Part shown: in pieces, positions 50,649-59,191 of the stretch | Numbering within the stretch: position 1 is the stretch's first letter | Layout of the letters: each line of letters opens with the position of its first letter | Program-made: the position numbers and the translations under genes | Virus record (IMG/VR): IMGVR_UViG_3300014656_000001 | Span: 1 to 64,000 of that record | Reading direction: 5' to 3' (one strand) | DNA: 64,000 bases | Source of the DNA: a virus | Lineage: Duplodnaviria; Caudoviricetes | Notes under the pieces: model-generated | The model's input: the letters and a program-made list of their open reading frames with translations, nothing else | What the model was told of the DNA's origin: nothing | The model's database searches: none

Positions 50649-50728
50649 TATCTCATAGAGAACAGGTAACGGATTATTGTTATCTGTTCTAATGAAGTAT
50701 CAAATCTGAGAAAAGAGGAGAGATTATT

Positions 50729-51457
50729 ATGAAAAGAAAAGAAGCAATAGAGCTACTAAAAACAAATGTTTCAGCATGGAATCAATACAGAATCGACAAT
50801 CCATCTTGGATTCCTAATTTGCGAGGGGCTAATTTGCAAGATGCTGATTTGCGAGGGGCTGATTTGCGAGAGGCTGATTTGCAATGGGCTAATTTGCAAG
50901 ATGCTGATTTGCGAGGGGCTGATTTGCGAGGTGATAATTTGCAATGGACTAATTTGCAAGATGCTGATTTGCGAGGGGCTGATTTGCGAGGTGCTAATTT
51001 GCGAGAGGCTAATTTGCAATGGGCTAATTTGCAAGGGGCTAATTTGCAAGATGCTGATTTTCGAGGTGCTAATTTGCGAGGTGATAATTTGCAATGGACT
51101 AATTTGCAATGGACTAATTTGCAAGATGCTGATTTGCGAGGGGCTAATTTGCAAGGGGCTAATTTGCAAAAGGCTAATTTGCAAAAGGCTAATTTGCAAA
51201 GGGCTGATTTGCAAAGGGCTTGTTATGGGAAAGGTGTTCCCATTACAAAAGAACCTCTACAAATACACGGATTAATATATTTTGTTTTGGTTATGGACTC
51301 TCACATGAAAATAGGATGTGAATTACATAGCTTTGAAGAATGGCAGAATTTTTCTGATAGAGAAATTCTTACAATGGATAATTCTTCCGCCCTAAAGTTT
51401 TGGAACCAGTATAAGCCCATGTTAATGGGATTATGTAAAACAAGAACCGAGGAATGA
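50729..51457 (+). CDS. pentapeptide-repeat protein 1
   Basis: (A/D)(N/D)LxG repeats; C-terminal MKIGCELHSFEEW domain. Confidence 0.9.
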   Translation: MKRKEAIELLKTNVSAWNQYRIDNPSWIPNLRGANLQDADLRGADLREADLQWANLQDADLRGADLRGDNLQWTNLQDADLRGADLRGANLREANLQWANLQGANLQDADFRGANLRGDNLQWTNLQWTNLQDADLRGANLQGANLQKANLQKANLQRADLQRACYGKGVPITKEPLQIHGLIYFVLVMDSHMKIGCELHSFEEWQNFSDREILTMDNSSALKFWNQYKPMLMGLCKTRTEE

Positions 51458-51481
51458 ATCTGAGAAAAGAGGAGAGATAAA

Positions 51482-51751
51482 ATGGCTAAAAAAATGCACG
51501 TGAAGACATACTTGCGAAACTGGGCCGGTTTGGACGGTAGAACCGACAGAACACCCATTGAAGTGGTAGACGGATATAAGTTACCCATTCTCGAAGGGGA
51601 GCCGGGATATTGGACGACCCCAAGCGGTAAAACAGTCGTATATCATCCCAATGCGTATGGATGGCCCACATGGTATCACCATTCAACCAAAAAGGTTGTT
51701 GTTGGCCGGGGATTGCTGGAAGCTTATGGGATTCCAACATCCGATTTGTAA
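51482..51751 (+). CDS. hypothetical protein
   Basis: Leader motif. Confidence 0.6.
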   Translation: MAKKMHVKTYLRNWAGLDGRTDRTPIEVVDGYKLPILEGEPGYWTTPSGKTVVYHPNAYGWPTWYHHSTKKVVVGRGLLEAYGIPTSDL

Positions 51752-51829
51752 ATCTAAACCAAGACTGATAACGGATTAGTGCTATCAGTCTTATTAGACG
51801 TACAAACCAAAAGAAAGAGAGAAGAGATT

Positions 51830-52075
51830 ATGAAACTGTCAGAACAGATGACTAAACAGATCGCTGTGTGTCAATCGGCAATCGAACGGGTAAAAGCCCT
51901 GGAGAATGCTATGGATGCCGCTGAAAAGGCCGCTGAAGCCCTCACCCCTGGACTGAAAGAAACAAAACGGGGAATCACTCCCATGCTCCAGAACGGACAG
52001 GGTGGGAGGTTTGGTGATGATGATGCCAGAACTGATTTACCAATGACAAAACCGAACGGAGATGTGGCACAATGA
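51830..52075 (+). CDS. coiled-coil hypothetical protein
   Basis: Start reassigned after hairpin and purine tract. Confidence 0.55.
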   Translation: MKLSEQMTKQIAVCQSAIERVKALENAMDAAEKAAEALTPGLKETKRGITPMLQNGQGGRFGDDDARTDLPMTKPNGDVAQ

Positions 52076-52410
52076 AACAAATATACAGCATTGCAATGAG
52101 CAATGGGTACGGGATTCAAATGTTTCATTTATGTGATGAAATCCGCACCCTCAAACGAAGACTGACACAACTTGTGAAAGCTGGGTTATGTCCACGTAAC
52201 GCTCACTTAAAAGTGAGTCACAACGGAAAGTCTGAACAGTTCCCCAAAGATGAAACTGAAAAAATTGTGGACAAGGCAATAAAGGACTTGTGCTCAGATA
52301 TGAACAAGCCTGTGGATATTTGGGGAATACATGAAGACGGTCAGTATCATTGCGAAGAGGGAATAACAATCTCAAGAGTAAATGTACTTACGATGGATGA
52401 TTTGGATTGA
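52072..52410 (+). CDS. hypothetical protein
   Basis: ATGA overlap. Confidence 0.55.
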   Translation: MKQIYSIAMSNGYGIQMFHLCDEIRTLKRRLTQLVKAGLCPRNAHLKVSHNGKSEQFPKDETEKIVDKAIKDLCSDMNKPVDIWGIHEDGQYHCEEGITISRVNVLTMDDLD

Positions 52411-52480
52411 TGTTCTCAGATAGCCGGGGATTGAGTTCCCCGGTCTTTTGAGAGTACCAAACTAAAAAGAGAGAGGAGAA

Positions 52481-52753
52481 TTGATTATGGATTACAAAGA
52501 AGCTGCTGAAAAAACATCATTCACACTAGACCGCATTCATTACTGCTTTATGTGGAACAGTAAATTTTGGGATATGGACTACAGCATGGCAGATAGACCT
52601 TTCACCCTGGATGAAGTTCGGGAAATCAAAAGTGTCTGGGAACTGATGGGAGATAATTCAAATTTCTACGGGGCATTCTGTGAAGTTGCCAGAGCAAAGG
52701 GATATTTTGAGAGTGATTTGTATCTCAAAAAAGGAGAAAAACATGAATCTTAG
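52481..52753 (+). CDS. hypothetical protein
   Basis: Hairpin at ~52424-52443 plus GAGAGGAG leader; start may be 52487. Confidence 0.55.
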   Translation: MIMDYKEAAEKTSFTLDRIHYCFMWNSKFWDMDYSMADRPFTLDEVREIKSVWELMGDNSNFYGAFCEVARAKGYFESDLYLKKGEKHES

Positions 52754-52816
52754 AAAAAATTACACAGAAGAAGATTTACAGCGGTGTACAGAAGAAGCCA
52801 GGACGGGAGAACAATT

Positions 52817-53566
52817 ATGAATAAATTACGAACATTGGAATTATTAATGGAAATTGCGGCTTGGAATGCTTATCGCAAAGAAAATCCATATTGGACTCCG
52901 AATCTGAGCGGTGTGAATCTGAGTGATGCGAATCTGAGTGATGCAAATCTGAGTGATGCAAATCTGAGTGATGCAAATCTGAGTGATGCGAATCTGATCT
53001 ATGCAAATCTGAGTGATGCAAATCTGAGTGATGCAAATCTGAGTGATGCAAATCTGATCTATGCAAAACTAAGCAATGCAAAACTAAGCAATGCGAATCT
53101 GAGCAATGCGAATCTGAGCAGTGCGAATCTGAGCAATGCGTATCTGATCTATGCAAAACTAAGCAATGCAAAACTAAGCAATGCAAATCTAAACCGTACG
53201 AATCTGAGCAGTGCGTTTGGGTTATTATCCTCATCTGATTGGTTGAAAGAGAACTTTGATACTTACCACGGCAGAGGATATATAGTGTTCAAGGAGGTAG
53301 ATTTGTATAAATCTACTCCCCCAAAATGGGAATACAAAGGCGGGAATACTCTCGCCGAAACGGTTAATCCTAACCGAACGGATGACTGCGGGTGTGGCAT
53401 CAATTTTGCCACTTTGACGTGGATTAAAAAGAAAAATGTAAGACCTGATTTAGTAATCTGGAAGTGCTTGCTCACCTGGGAGGCACTAGCTGATACTGTT
53501 GTTCCATATAATACGAATGGTAAAGCCCGGTGCCAGAGTTTGCAACTGTTGGAGCGAATCCAATGA
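52817..53566 (+). CDS. pentapeptide-repeat protein 2
   Basis: ANLSD/AKLSN repeats; C-terminal DDCGCGINF...[11 protein letters not shown] domain. Confidence 0.88.
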   Translation: MNKLRTLELLMEIAAWNAYRKENPYWTPNLSGVNLSDANLSDANLSDANLSDANLSDANLIYANLSDANLSDANLSDANLIYAKLSNAKLSNANLSNANLSSANLSNAYLIYAKLSNAKLSNANLNRTNLSSAFGLLSSSDWLKENFDTYHGRGYIVFKEVDLYKSTPPKWEYKGGNTLAETVNPNRTDDCGCGINFATLTWIKKKNVRPDLVIWKCLLTWEALADTVVPYNTNGKARCQSLQLLERIQ

Positions 53567-53632
53567 TTGGAATTGCAATGTGTGGTGCTGGTAAGAATAT
53601 TTCATACTGCAATGAAATGTAATTATTTTGGG

Positions 53633-53660
53633 TTGACTTCTGTAGGTACAGATGTATAAT
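53633..53660 (+). promoter_or_regulatory. sigma70-like promoter
   Basis: TTGACT-16-TATAAT. Confidence 0.6.
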
Positions 53661-53712
53661 ACCAGCAACAGTAGGTCATACATAAACACTTATATATAAA
53701 GGAGAAGAGCAG

Positions 53713-54432
53713 ATGGCTAAAAAGCAATCCCTAGCTGTGCAAGTTGCACGTGAGTTCAACAAAGCTCTTGGAATTAAACCTCCAATTGATATCACTGCAA
53801 CAGACGAAGAAATCAAAGAAGCGTTGAAGGTCGAAGTGGATGAAGAACTGTATGGAGACGATCCACTATCTGACAAGGTGTGGAAGTTCTTTAAGGATGA
53901 ATTTGGAGTGGAACGAAAAACTCTCCCTCTAAAAGAACCTCCAAAAGAAGAAGAACCCATCCCCAGTCCAAAACCAGCATCACTCGAAGAAGAACCAAAG
54001 AAAACACCAGCTCCAAAGAAAGCCAGTGCAAAGAAAACACCAGCTCCAAAGAAAACACCAGCTCCAAAGAAAGCCAGTCCAAAGAAAACACCAGCTCCAA
54101 AGAAAGCCAGTCCAAAGAAAACATCAGCTCCAAAGAAAGATGAAACTCCAAAAACTGCTGAGAAAAAAACACCGGCAAAGAAAGCCAGTGGAGAACAAAC
54201 ACAAGTCCAGTTGATGGATGAAATGTTCCGCAAGGGAACAACTATCCAAGAAGCTGCTGAAGCCTTGGATGAAAAATTTGACTTCTCTGGTCGCAACAAA
54301 AAACCGTCGTTACGTGTGTACTCCCATATCAACGGGAGATACAAAAAACAAGAAAAAGAAGGGGCAGTTGAAATCACTGTAAAAAAAGTGAAAGACCGGG
54401 GTGTAGTTATCAAGGTTGTACCCGTAAAATAG
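53713..54432 (+). CDS. histone H1-like Lys/Pro/Ala-repeat DNA-binding protein
   Basis: KKTPAPKKASPKK repeats between globular ends. Confidence 0.7.
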   Translation: MAKKQSLAVQVAREFNKALGIKPPIDITATDEEIKEALKVEVDEELYGDDPLSDKVWKFFKDEFGVERKTLPLKEPPKEEEPIPSPKPASLEEEPKKTPAPKKASAKKTPAPKKTPAPKKASPKKTPAPKKASPKKTSAPKKDETPKTAEKKTPAKKASGEQTQVQLMDEMFRKGTTIQEAAEALDEKFDFSGRNKKPSLRVYSHINGRYKKQEKEGAVEITVKKVKDRGVVIKVVPVK

Positions 54433-54450
54433 CAAATCTCCCATTACTGT

Positions 54451-54498
54451 ATGAGGAGTCAGAAACACAACCCCCAACGATCTGGCTCCTCATTTTTT
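54451..54498 (+). terminator. intrinsic terminator
   Basis: atgaggagtcaga...tctggctcctcat followed by T-tract. Confidence 0.7.
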
Positions 54499-54512
54499 TA
54501 TTTATTATATTC

Positions 54513-54541
54513 TTGACTTAAAAGATATAAAACAGTATAAT
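54513..54541 (+). promoter_or_regulatory. sigma70-like promoter
   Basis: TTGACT-17-TATAAT. Confidence 0.7.
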
Positions 54542-54565
54542 AACCCTTAGAAGGGAGAAGAGCAG

Positions 54566-55066
54566 ATGCGAACAAAACACACACACCTACCTGTCAAAAA
54601 CCATTTCAACTTAATCAGACGAGTATGCTGGAGGTTTTGCAAAAAGACCCGTTTGGACTATGAAGATGCCGTCCAAGGTTCTATTTTGTTCGTGCTGGAA
54701 AGAGCACATCTTTACTCCCCTAATAAGGGAAAAGAAACAACCTTCATACACACAGTCACAAAAAACTATCTGATTAACTTAATCAGAAGAGAAGTAAGAA
54801 GAAATCATGGGTGTCTTGTAGAAGATATGGACATACGAACCACAGGCCGTGAAGAAATAGAAAACCTATTACTTCACGAATCTCTATCAGAAGATGCTAT
54901 AATGCTTCTGAATTACATAGAGAATAAATTAGTACCTTCCAGAAGAACCCGGCTAGCTCCCGATCTTCGAAGAGAGGTTAAAAACTATGGCACTCATCAA
55001 ATGGGTAAACGTAGAATGATAAAAGCATACAGAGAGTTAAGAAAATGGTATGCCGAACTTCAATAG
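54566..55066 (+). CDS. sigma-70-like RNA polymerase factor
   Basis: Region-2-like LIRRVCWRF...YEDAVQ...YSPNKG..TTFIHTVTKNYLINLIR. Confidence 0.65.
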   Translation: MRTKHTHLPVKNHFNLIRRVCWRFCKKTRLDYEDAVQGSILFVLERAHLYSPNKGKETTFIHTVTKNYLINLIRREVRRNHGCLVEDMDIRTTGREEIENLLLHESLSEDAIMLLNYIENKLVPSRRTRLAPDLRREVKNYGTHQMGKRRMIKAYRELRKWYAELQ

Positions 55067-55185
55067 AAAAGAGAAAATATCATGATTGAATTGTTGATGC
55101 TTATCGTCATTGGAGGTTTTGCAGAAGTAGCTGCTGTGTTGTTATATGCAGCTTACAAAACAGCGAAGGGAGAAGAGATTAAAAA

Positions 55186-56838
55186 ATGAAACGTCTCACA
55201 AATCCCAAAAAAACCGTAGAACCGGCGACTGGGATGGTAGCGATGATGGGGAAGGATTTCTTCAAAGTTAGATTTCCCTACGACCCCCGCATAATTGCAA
55301 ACATCAAAACCCTCCCAAGACCTCCGGCAAAAGGCTGGAACCCGAAAGAAAAATACTGGACAGTCAGAGCACTCCCCGCCACTCTCGAAAGTCTGAGAAA
55401 ATGGGGGTTTTATATCCATTCAAACGTGCTTCAGTGGGAACAAGATAGCATTCAAAACAACCATGTAGACTTAACTGAGATAGTTGTTAAACTATCATCT
55501 ACAAATTTCAAGGGAATATTACGCCCATATCAAATTGAAGGTGTTGGGTTTCTTGAATCCAATAAGGGAAGCGGTTTAATTGCTGACGAAATGGGTACGG
55601 GCAAGACAATCCAGTGTATAGCGTGGTTACACTTACACAAAGATGATCCCGGCAAGATACTTATAGTCTGTCCAAGCTCTCTCAAGATCAACTGGGAGAG
55701 GGAATTTACAAAGTGGTCTGACTTCTCTTGCCACATAATCAATGGAACAACCTCATACACCCTTCCAGAATCCCAAGTTTACATAATAAATTATGACATC
55801 ATTAGCTACTGGGAAAGCACCTTTCAAAAAATAGATTGGAAATGTGTTGCGGCTGATGAAGTCCACTTCGTACAAAATCGTCAAACCAAAAGAAGCAAAA
55901 GCACTCTGGGAATAGCAAAGAAATCAAAAGCATTCATTGCCATGTCTGGAACTCCCATAACCAATCGCCCTGTCAGTTTCTTCTCTGTACTCAACTTACT
56001 CGACAGAGAAACCTTCTCAAACTTCTGGTGGTATGCACAGAGGTTTTGTGGAGCCAAGCACGATGGGTTTGGATGGGATTTCAAAGGTGCAAGTAATACC
56101 GAGCAGTTAAACAGCATGGTTAAAAAAATCATGATAAGAAGACTCAAGAAAGATGTATTAAAAGATTTACCTCCAAAACAAATAACAGTCATTCCAATCG
56201 AAATGGAGAAGAAATACGAAACTGAATACAGAAAAAAAGAAACCTTGCTGTTTGGTGAAACAGACTCAAAAGCACTGGACATTGTGGAAGCTCTCAAACA
56301 AGCTGCTTTCAAAGCCAAGTGGAAAGGTATTTGCCAATGGCTGGATAACTTCTTACCAAGTGGAGAGAAGATCGTAATCTTCTGCACACACAAAGCATCC
56401 ATACAAGCCCTGGAAAAGCGTTACAACAGCATATCTGTGAAAGTAGATGGTTCTGTTACGGGAAAAGCCAGACAGAAAGCAATAGACATGTTTCAAACCA
56501 ACCCAAAGGTACAAATATTCTTAGGGAATATTAAAGCGGCAGGTGTTGGATTGACGCTTACGGCATCTTCAACTGTTGTGTTCGTGGAATTGGGTTGGAC
56601 TCCGGGGGAGCACTGTCAGGCTGAAGATCGTTGTCACAGGTTAGGCTCAGAATGGGCTGACAAGATTAATATTTACTACCTCATTGCCGATAACACCATC
56701 GAAACATACATCATGCAAATCCTGGATGAAAAAAGAAAAGTACTGGGATCAATACTGGATGGAAAAGAACCTGAAGAAACAAAACTGTTGACTGTTTTGT
56801 TGGAAAGGATTAAATCCAATGCCTCGAACGTTATGTAA
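55186..56838 (+). CDS. SNF2-family helicase with HARP-like N-terminus
   Basis: RPYQ, ADEMGTGKT, ADEVH, SGTP, GVGLTLT, QAEDRCHRLG. Confidence 0.93.
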   Translation: MKRLTNPKKTVEPATGMVAMMGKDFFKVRFPYDPRIIANIKTLPRPPAKGWNPKEKYWTVRALPATLESLRKWGFYIHSNVLQWEQDSIQNNHVDLTEIVVKLSSTNFKGILRPYQIEGVGFLESNKGSGLIADEMGTGKTIQCIAWLHLHKDDPGKILIVCPSSLKINWEREFTKWSDFSCHIINGTTSYTLPESQVYIINYDIISYWESTFQKIDWKCVAADEVHFVQNRQTKRSKSTLGIAKKSKAFIAMSGTPITNRPVSFFSVLNLLDRETFSNFWWYAQRFCGAKHDGFGWDFKGASNTEQLNSMVKKIMIRRLKKDVLKDLPPKQITVIPIEMEKKYETEYRKKETLLFGETDSKALDIVEALKQAAFKAKWKGICQWLDNFLPSGEKIVIFCTHKASIQALEKRYNSISVKVDGSVTGKARQKAIDMFQTNPKVQIFLGNIKAAGVGLTLTASSTVVFVELGWTPGEHCQAEDRCHRLGSEWADKINIYYLIADNTIETYIMQILDEKRKVLGSILDGKEPEETKLLTVLLERIKSNASNVM

Positions 56839-57088
56839 ACATGAAACACCGCCACCAAAAATAAAACGGCAGAGAACAAAATTCGAAGTGGAAGAACCAA
56901 TCAAACTAAAGGGCGGGTTTATTGGGAATCCCCCATCTGATTGTCCCTATAGAAGACTGAATGAGGGCGACGGTCAATATTATGCTGACTTGACCTGCTG
57001 TGGTTTCAGTTGCAGAAAGCACAGAAATTGCAAGACTTGGAAACAATTTCAAAATTATCGTAAAAAAAATCCCCCAATCAAGAGGTAA
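56819..57088 (+). CDS. Cys-rich basic hypothetical protein
   Basis: CP...CC..SC..H..C. Confidence 0.55.
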   Translation: MPRTLCKHETPPPKIKRQRTKFEVEEPIKLKGGFIGNPPSDCPYRRLNEGDGQYYADLTCCGFSCRKHRNCKTWKQFQNYRKKNPPIKR

Positions 57089-57092
57089 GTTG

Positions 57093-57098
57093 TATAAT
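57093..57098 (+). promoter_or_regulatory. -10 box for the Y-RNA array
   Basis: TATAAT about 7 nt before the first Y-RNA stem; no clear -35. Confidence 0.55.
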
Positions 57099-57104
57099 AG
57101 AGGG

Positions 57105-57183
57105 GAAGTGAGCCGAACGAAAATGGGTTATCTTACCAAACCACAAGAAAAATCCCCATCTTCATCATAGCAATGCTCACTTC
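57105..57183 (+). ncRNA. short Y RNA (Ro-binding stem, no tRNA module)
   Basis: gaagtgagc/gctcacttc terminal stem, GCCGAACG Ro-binding motif, inner gaaaatggg/cccatcttc stem. Confidence 0.7.
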
Positions 57184-57200
57184 TCTTAATGAAACAAAAG

Positions 57201-57334
57201 GACGAGCCGAAGTAAAACGGTTATCATAGGGTCTGAGGGTTGTGGGTTCAAATCCCACCTTTTCGCTTAAAGCTGGAAAGTAGCTCAATGGCAGAGCATC
57301 AGAATTAATCCGTTTACAACAAACATAGCTCGTC
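57201..57334 (+). ncRNA. yrlA: YrlA-type Y RNA (permuted tRNA mimic)
   Basis: gacgagc/gctcgtc stem with GCCGAAG; T arm gtggg-TTCAAAT-cccac, loop-closed acceptor stem, then D arm gctc-aatggca-gagc. Confidence 0.85.
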
Positions 57335-57351
57335 TCTTATAAAACAAAAAA

Positions 57352-57489
57352 GTGTGAGCCGAATTGTGATCGATTACCACTTGTAATGGCGTGATGCAGG
57401 TTCGAATCCTGTCTCTTCGATCTCTAATCGGGGAGTAGCTTAAACGGTAGAGCGCGTATAAACTCGATTGCTATCCAGTACTGCTCACA
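57352..57489 (+). ncRNA. yrlA: second YrlA-type Y RNA (permuted tRNA mimic)
   Basis: gtgtgagc/gctcacac stem with GCCGAA; T arm gcagg-TTCGAAT-cctgt; closed acceptor stem; D arm gctt-aaacggta-gagc. Confidence 0.85.
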
Positions 57490-57494
57490 CAATT

Positions 57495-57524
57495 ATAAGG
57501 GACAGGGTTGTTACTCTGTCCCTT
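57495..57524 (+). terminator. strong hairpin between the Y RNAs and Ro60
   Basis: taagggacag/ctgtccctta perfect 10-bp stem; weak U-tract, so it may be a processing/stability hairpin. Confidence 0.55.
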
Positions 57525-57556
57525 AATCTATTTACACCATAAAAAGGAGAAGAATC

Positions 57557-59191
57557 ATGGCACAACCACTGCACAAACAATTCAATCCAACACAAACCCC
57601 GCAAAGCAAACCCATTCCCGGCAAAGTGGGAAAACGGCAAGTCAAGAACGATGCTGGAGGTTATGTATTTCAGATCGACAAATGGGAACAACTGAAGAGG
57701 TTTCTCACACGTGGAACATCGGGTGGAACATATTACTGTGGAGAACAAAAACTCACAGTGGAAAACGCCGAATGTGTTATCGAGTGTCTGGATGAAGACA
57801 CACAGAAGACGGTGAAGATCATCGAAGAAATCAGCACTGAGGGCAGAGCACCACGCAATGACCCTGCTTTGTTTGCTCTGGCATTGGCTTCTTCCAAATC
57901 AGAATACACAGAACTGTTCACTCTCAAAGATTCGCTACTCAAAGTAGCACGAATCCCCACACACCTGTTCATCTTCATCAAATATGCAACAGAGATGCGG
58001 CGATGGGGGAGAGCACTCAAAACAGCAGTCGCTCACTGGTACGAATCAAAAAACTGTGAAAGTCTCATTTACAACGCACTCAAATACCGGCAACGTGAGG
58101 GCTGGACACACGGTGATGTTATTCGTTTGTCTCATCCCTCTCCCGTTCACTTGAACGAAACAACCAACGAACGAAAACCCGTCTTTGAGTATATGAGAAA
58201 GGGCGGAAGTGCGAATGTACCCCACTTCCCAGAACGCATCAAAACGTTTGAGACAATGAAGATCATGACAGAATACTCTAAACCGAATCTCAACAAGATT
58301 CTGGATGTCATCAAAAATGACAAATTCTTCACATGGGAGATGCTCCCTACATGGACACTTACACACACATCCACATGGACTGAATTGTTACCTCATCTTC
58401 CCATGACAGCTTTGCTGAGAAATTTAGGCCGCATGACATCCATCGGTGTTTTTGATTGTGACAAAAACCTCGAACATACCGTAAAGCATCTCACAAACAA
58501 GAGCAGGTTACAAAAGTCCCGCATTCATCCAATCAACGTTCTGATTGCAATGTTAACATATCGCCAAGGACAAGGTGTAAAAGGCAGTCTCAACTGGACA
58601 CCTCACAGTAATATCATAGATGCCTTGCATGACGCTTTCTACTTAAGTTTCAAAAATGTGGAACCCACAAACAAACGTCTGTTGGTTGCTGTGGATATTT
58701 CAGGAAGCATGGGATGGATAAATCTCATGAACGTTCATGGATTTACACCTCGCATGGCGGCAGCTGCTTTATGTACTGTGTTTGTACAAACAGAAAACCA
58801 CACTGACATTGTGGCTTTCAGTCACACACTAACTCCAGTACCTATCTCCAAACGGCAAAGACTGGATGATGTTGTGAAAACATTTCTAAACTATGGCATG
58901 GGTGCAACTGACTGTGCTCTCCCCATGATCTACGCCTATCAAAACAGAAAAGTGTACGATGCTTTCATTATCTACACTGACAACGAAACATGGTATGGAA
59001 GTGTGCATCCCAAACAAGCTCTGGACAGATACAGAAAAGAAGTGAACCCAGAAGCAAAACTGATTGTCCATGCCATGGAATCCACAAACAAAAGCATTGC
59101 CGATCCCCTCGATCCAGGCATGTTGGATATCAGTGGTTTTGACTCAGCAGCTCCTCAAATCACAAATGACTTCATACGAGGTTCTTTTTGA
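57557..59191 (+). CDS. rsr: Ro60/Rsr TROVE-domain RNA-binding protein
   Basis: NDAGGYVF...LKRFL..GTSGGTYY, KYRQREGWTHGDVIRLSHP, MTALLRNLGRM, vWA AVDISGSM, FIIYTDNET. Confidence 0.95.
   Translation: MAQPLHKQFNPTQTPQSKPIPGKVGKRQVKNDAGGYVFQIDKWEQLKRFLTRGTSGGTYYCGEQKLTVENAECVIECLDEDTQKTVKIIEEISTEGRAPRNDPALFALALASSKSEYTELFTLKDSLLKVARIPTHLFIFIKYATEMRRWGRALKTAVAHWYESKNCESLIYNALKYRQREGWTHGDVIRLSHPSPVHLNETTNERKPVFEYMRKGGSANVPHFPERIKTFETMKIMTEYSKPNLNKILDVIKNDKFFTWEMLPTWTLTHTSTWTELLPHLPMTALLRNLGRMTSIGVFDCDKNLEHTVKHLTNKSRLQKSRIHPINVLIAMLTYRQGQGVKGSLNWTPHSNIIDALHDAFYLSFKNVEPTNKRLLVAVDISGSMGWINLMNVHGFTPRMAAAALCTVFVQTENHTDIVAFSHTLTPVPISKRQRLDDVVKTFLNYGMGATDCALPMIYAYQNRKVYDAFIIYTDNETWYGSVHPKQALDRYRKEVNPEAKLIVHAMESTNKSIADPLDPGMLDISGFDSAAPQITNDFIRGSF

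Larger units (their letters stand above)
45538..51792 (+). promoter_or_regulatory. family of intergenic ACTGATAAC...GTTATCAGT hairpins plus GAGAAAAGAGGAGAGA leaders
   Basis: Hairpins start at 45538, 45926, 46540, 46960, 47920, 49022, 50659, 51761; exact 16-mer leader at 45598, 45977, 46595, 47019, 47976, 49079, 50349, 50708, 51462. Confidence 0.9.

Noticed and set aside
50766-51275. Alternative-frame ORFs over the pentapeptide genes (also 52815-53234)
   Set aside because: Shadow frames produced by the 15-bp repeat periodicity.
45538-51792. CRISPR array or integron attC array
   Set aside because: The units between repeats are whole genes of variable length; there are no cas genes or integron integrase in the window and no attC RYYYAAC/GTTRRRY box layout with L boxes.
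57230-57460. Canonical tRNA genes
   Set aside because: In both units the T arm precedes the D arm, the acceptor stem is loop-closed and there is no CCA end; this fits YrlA Y RNAs next to Ro60.
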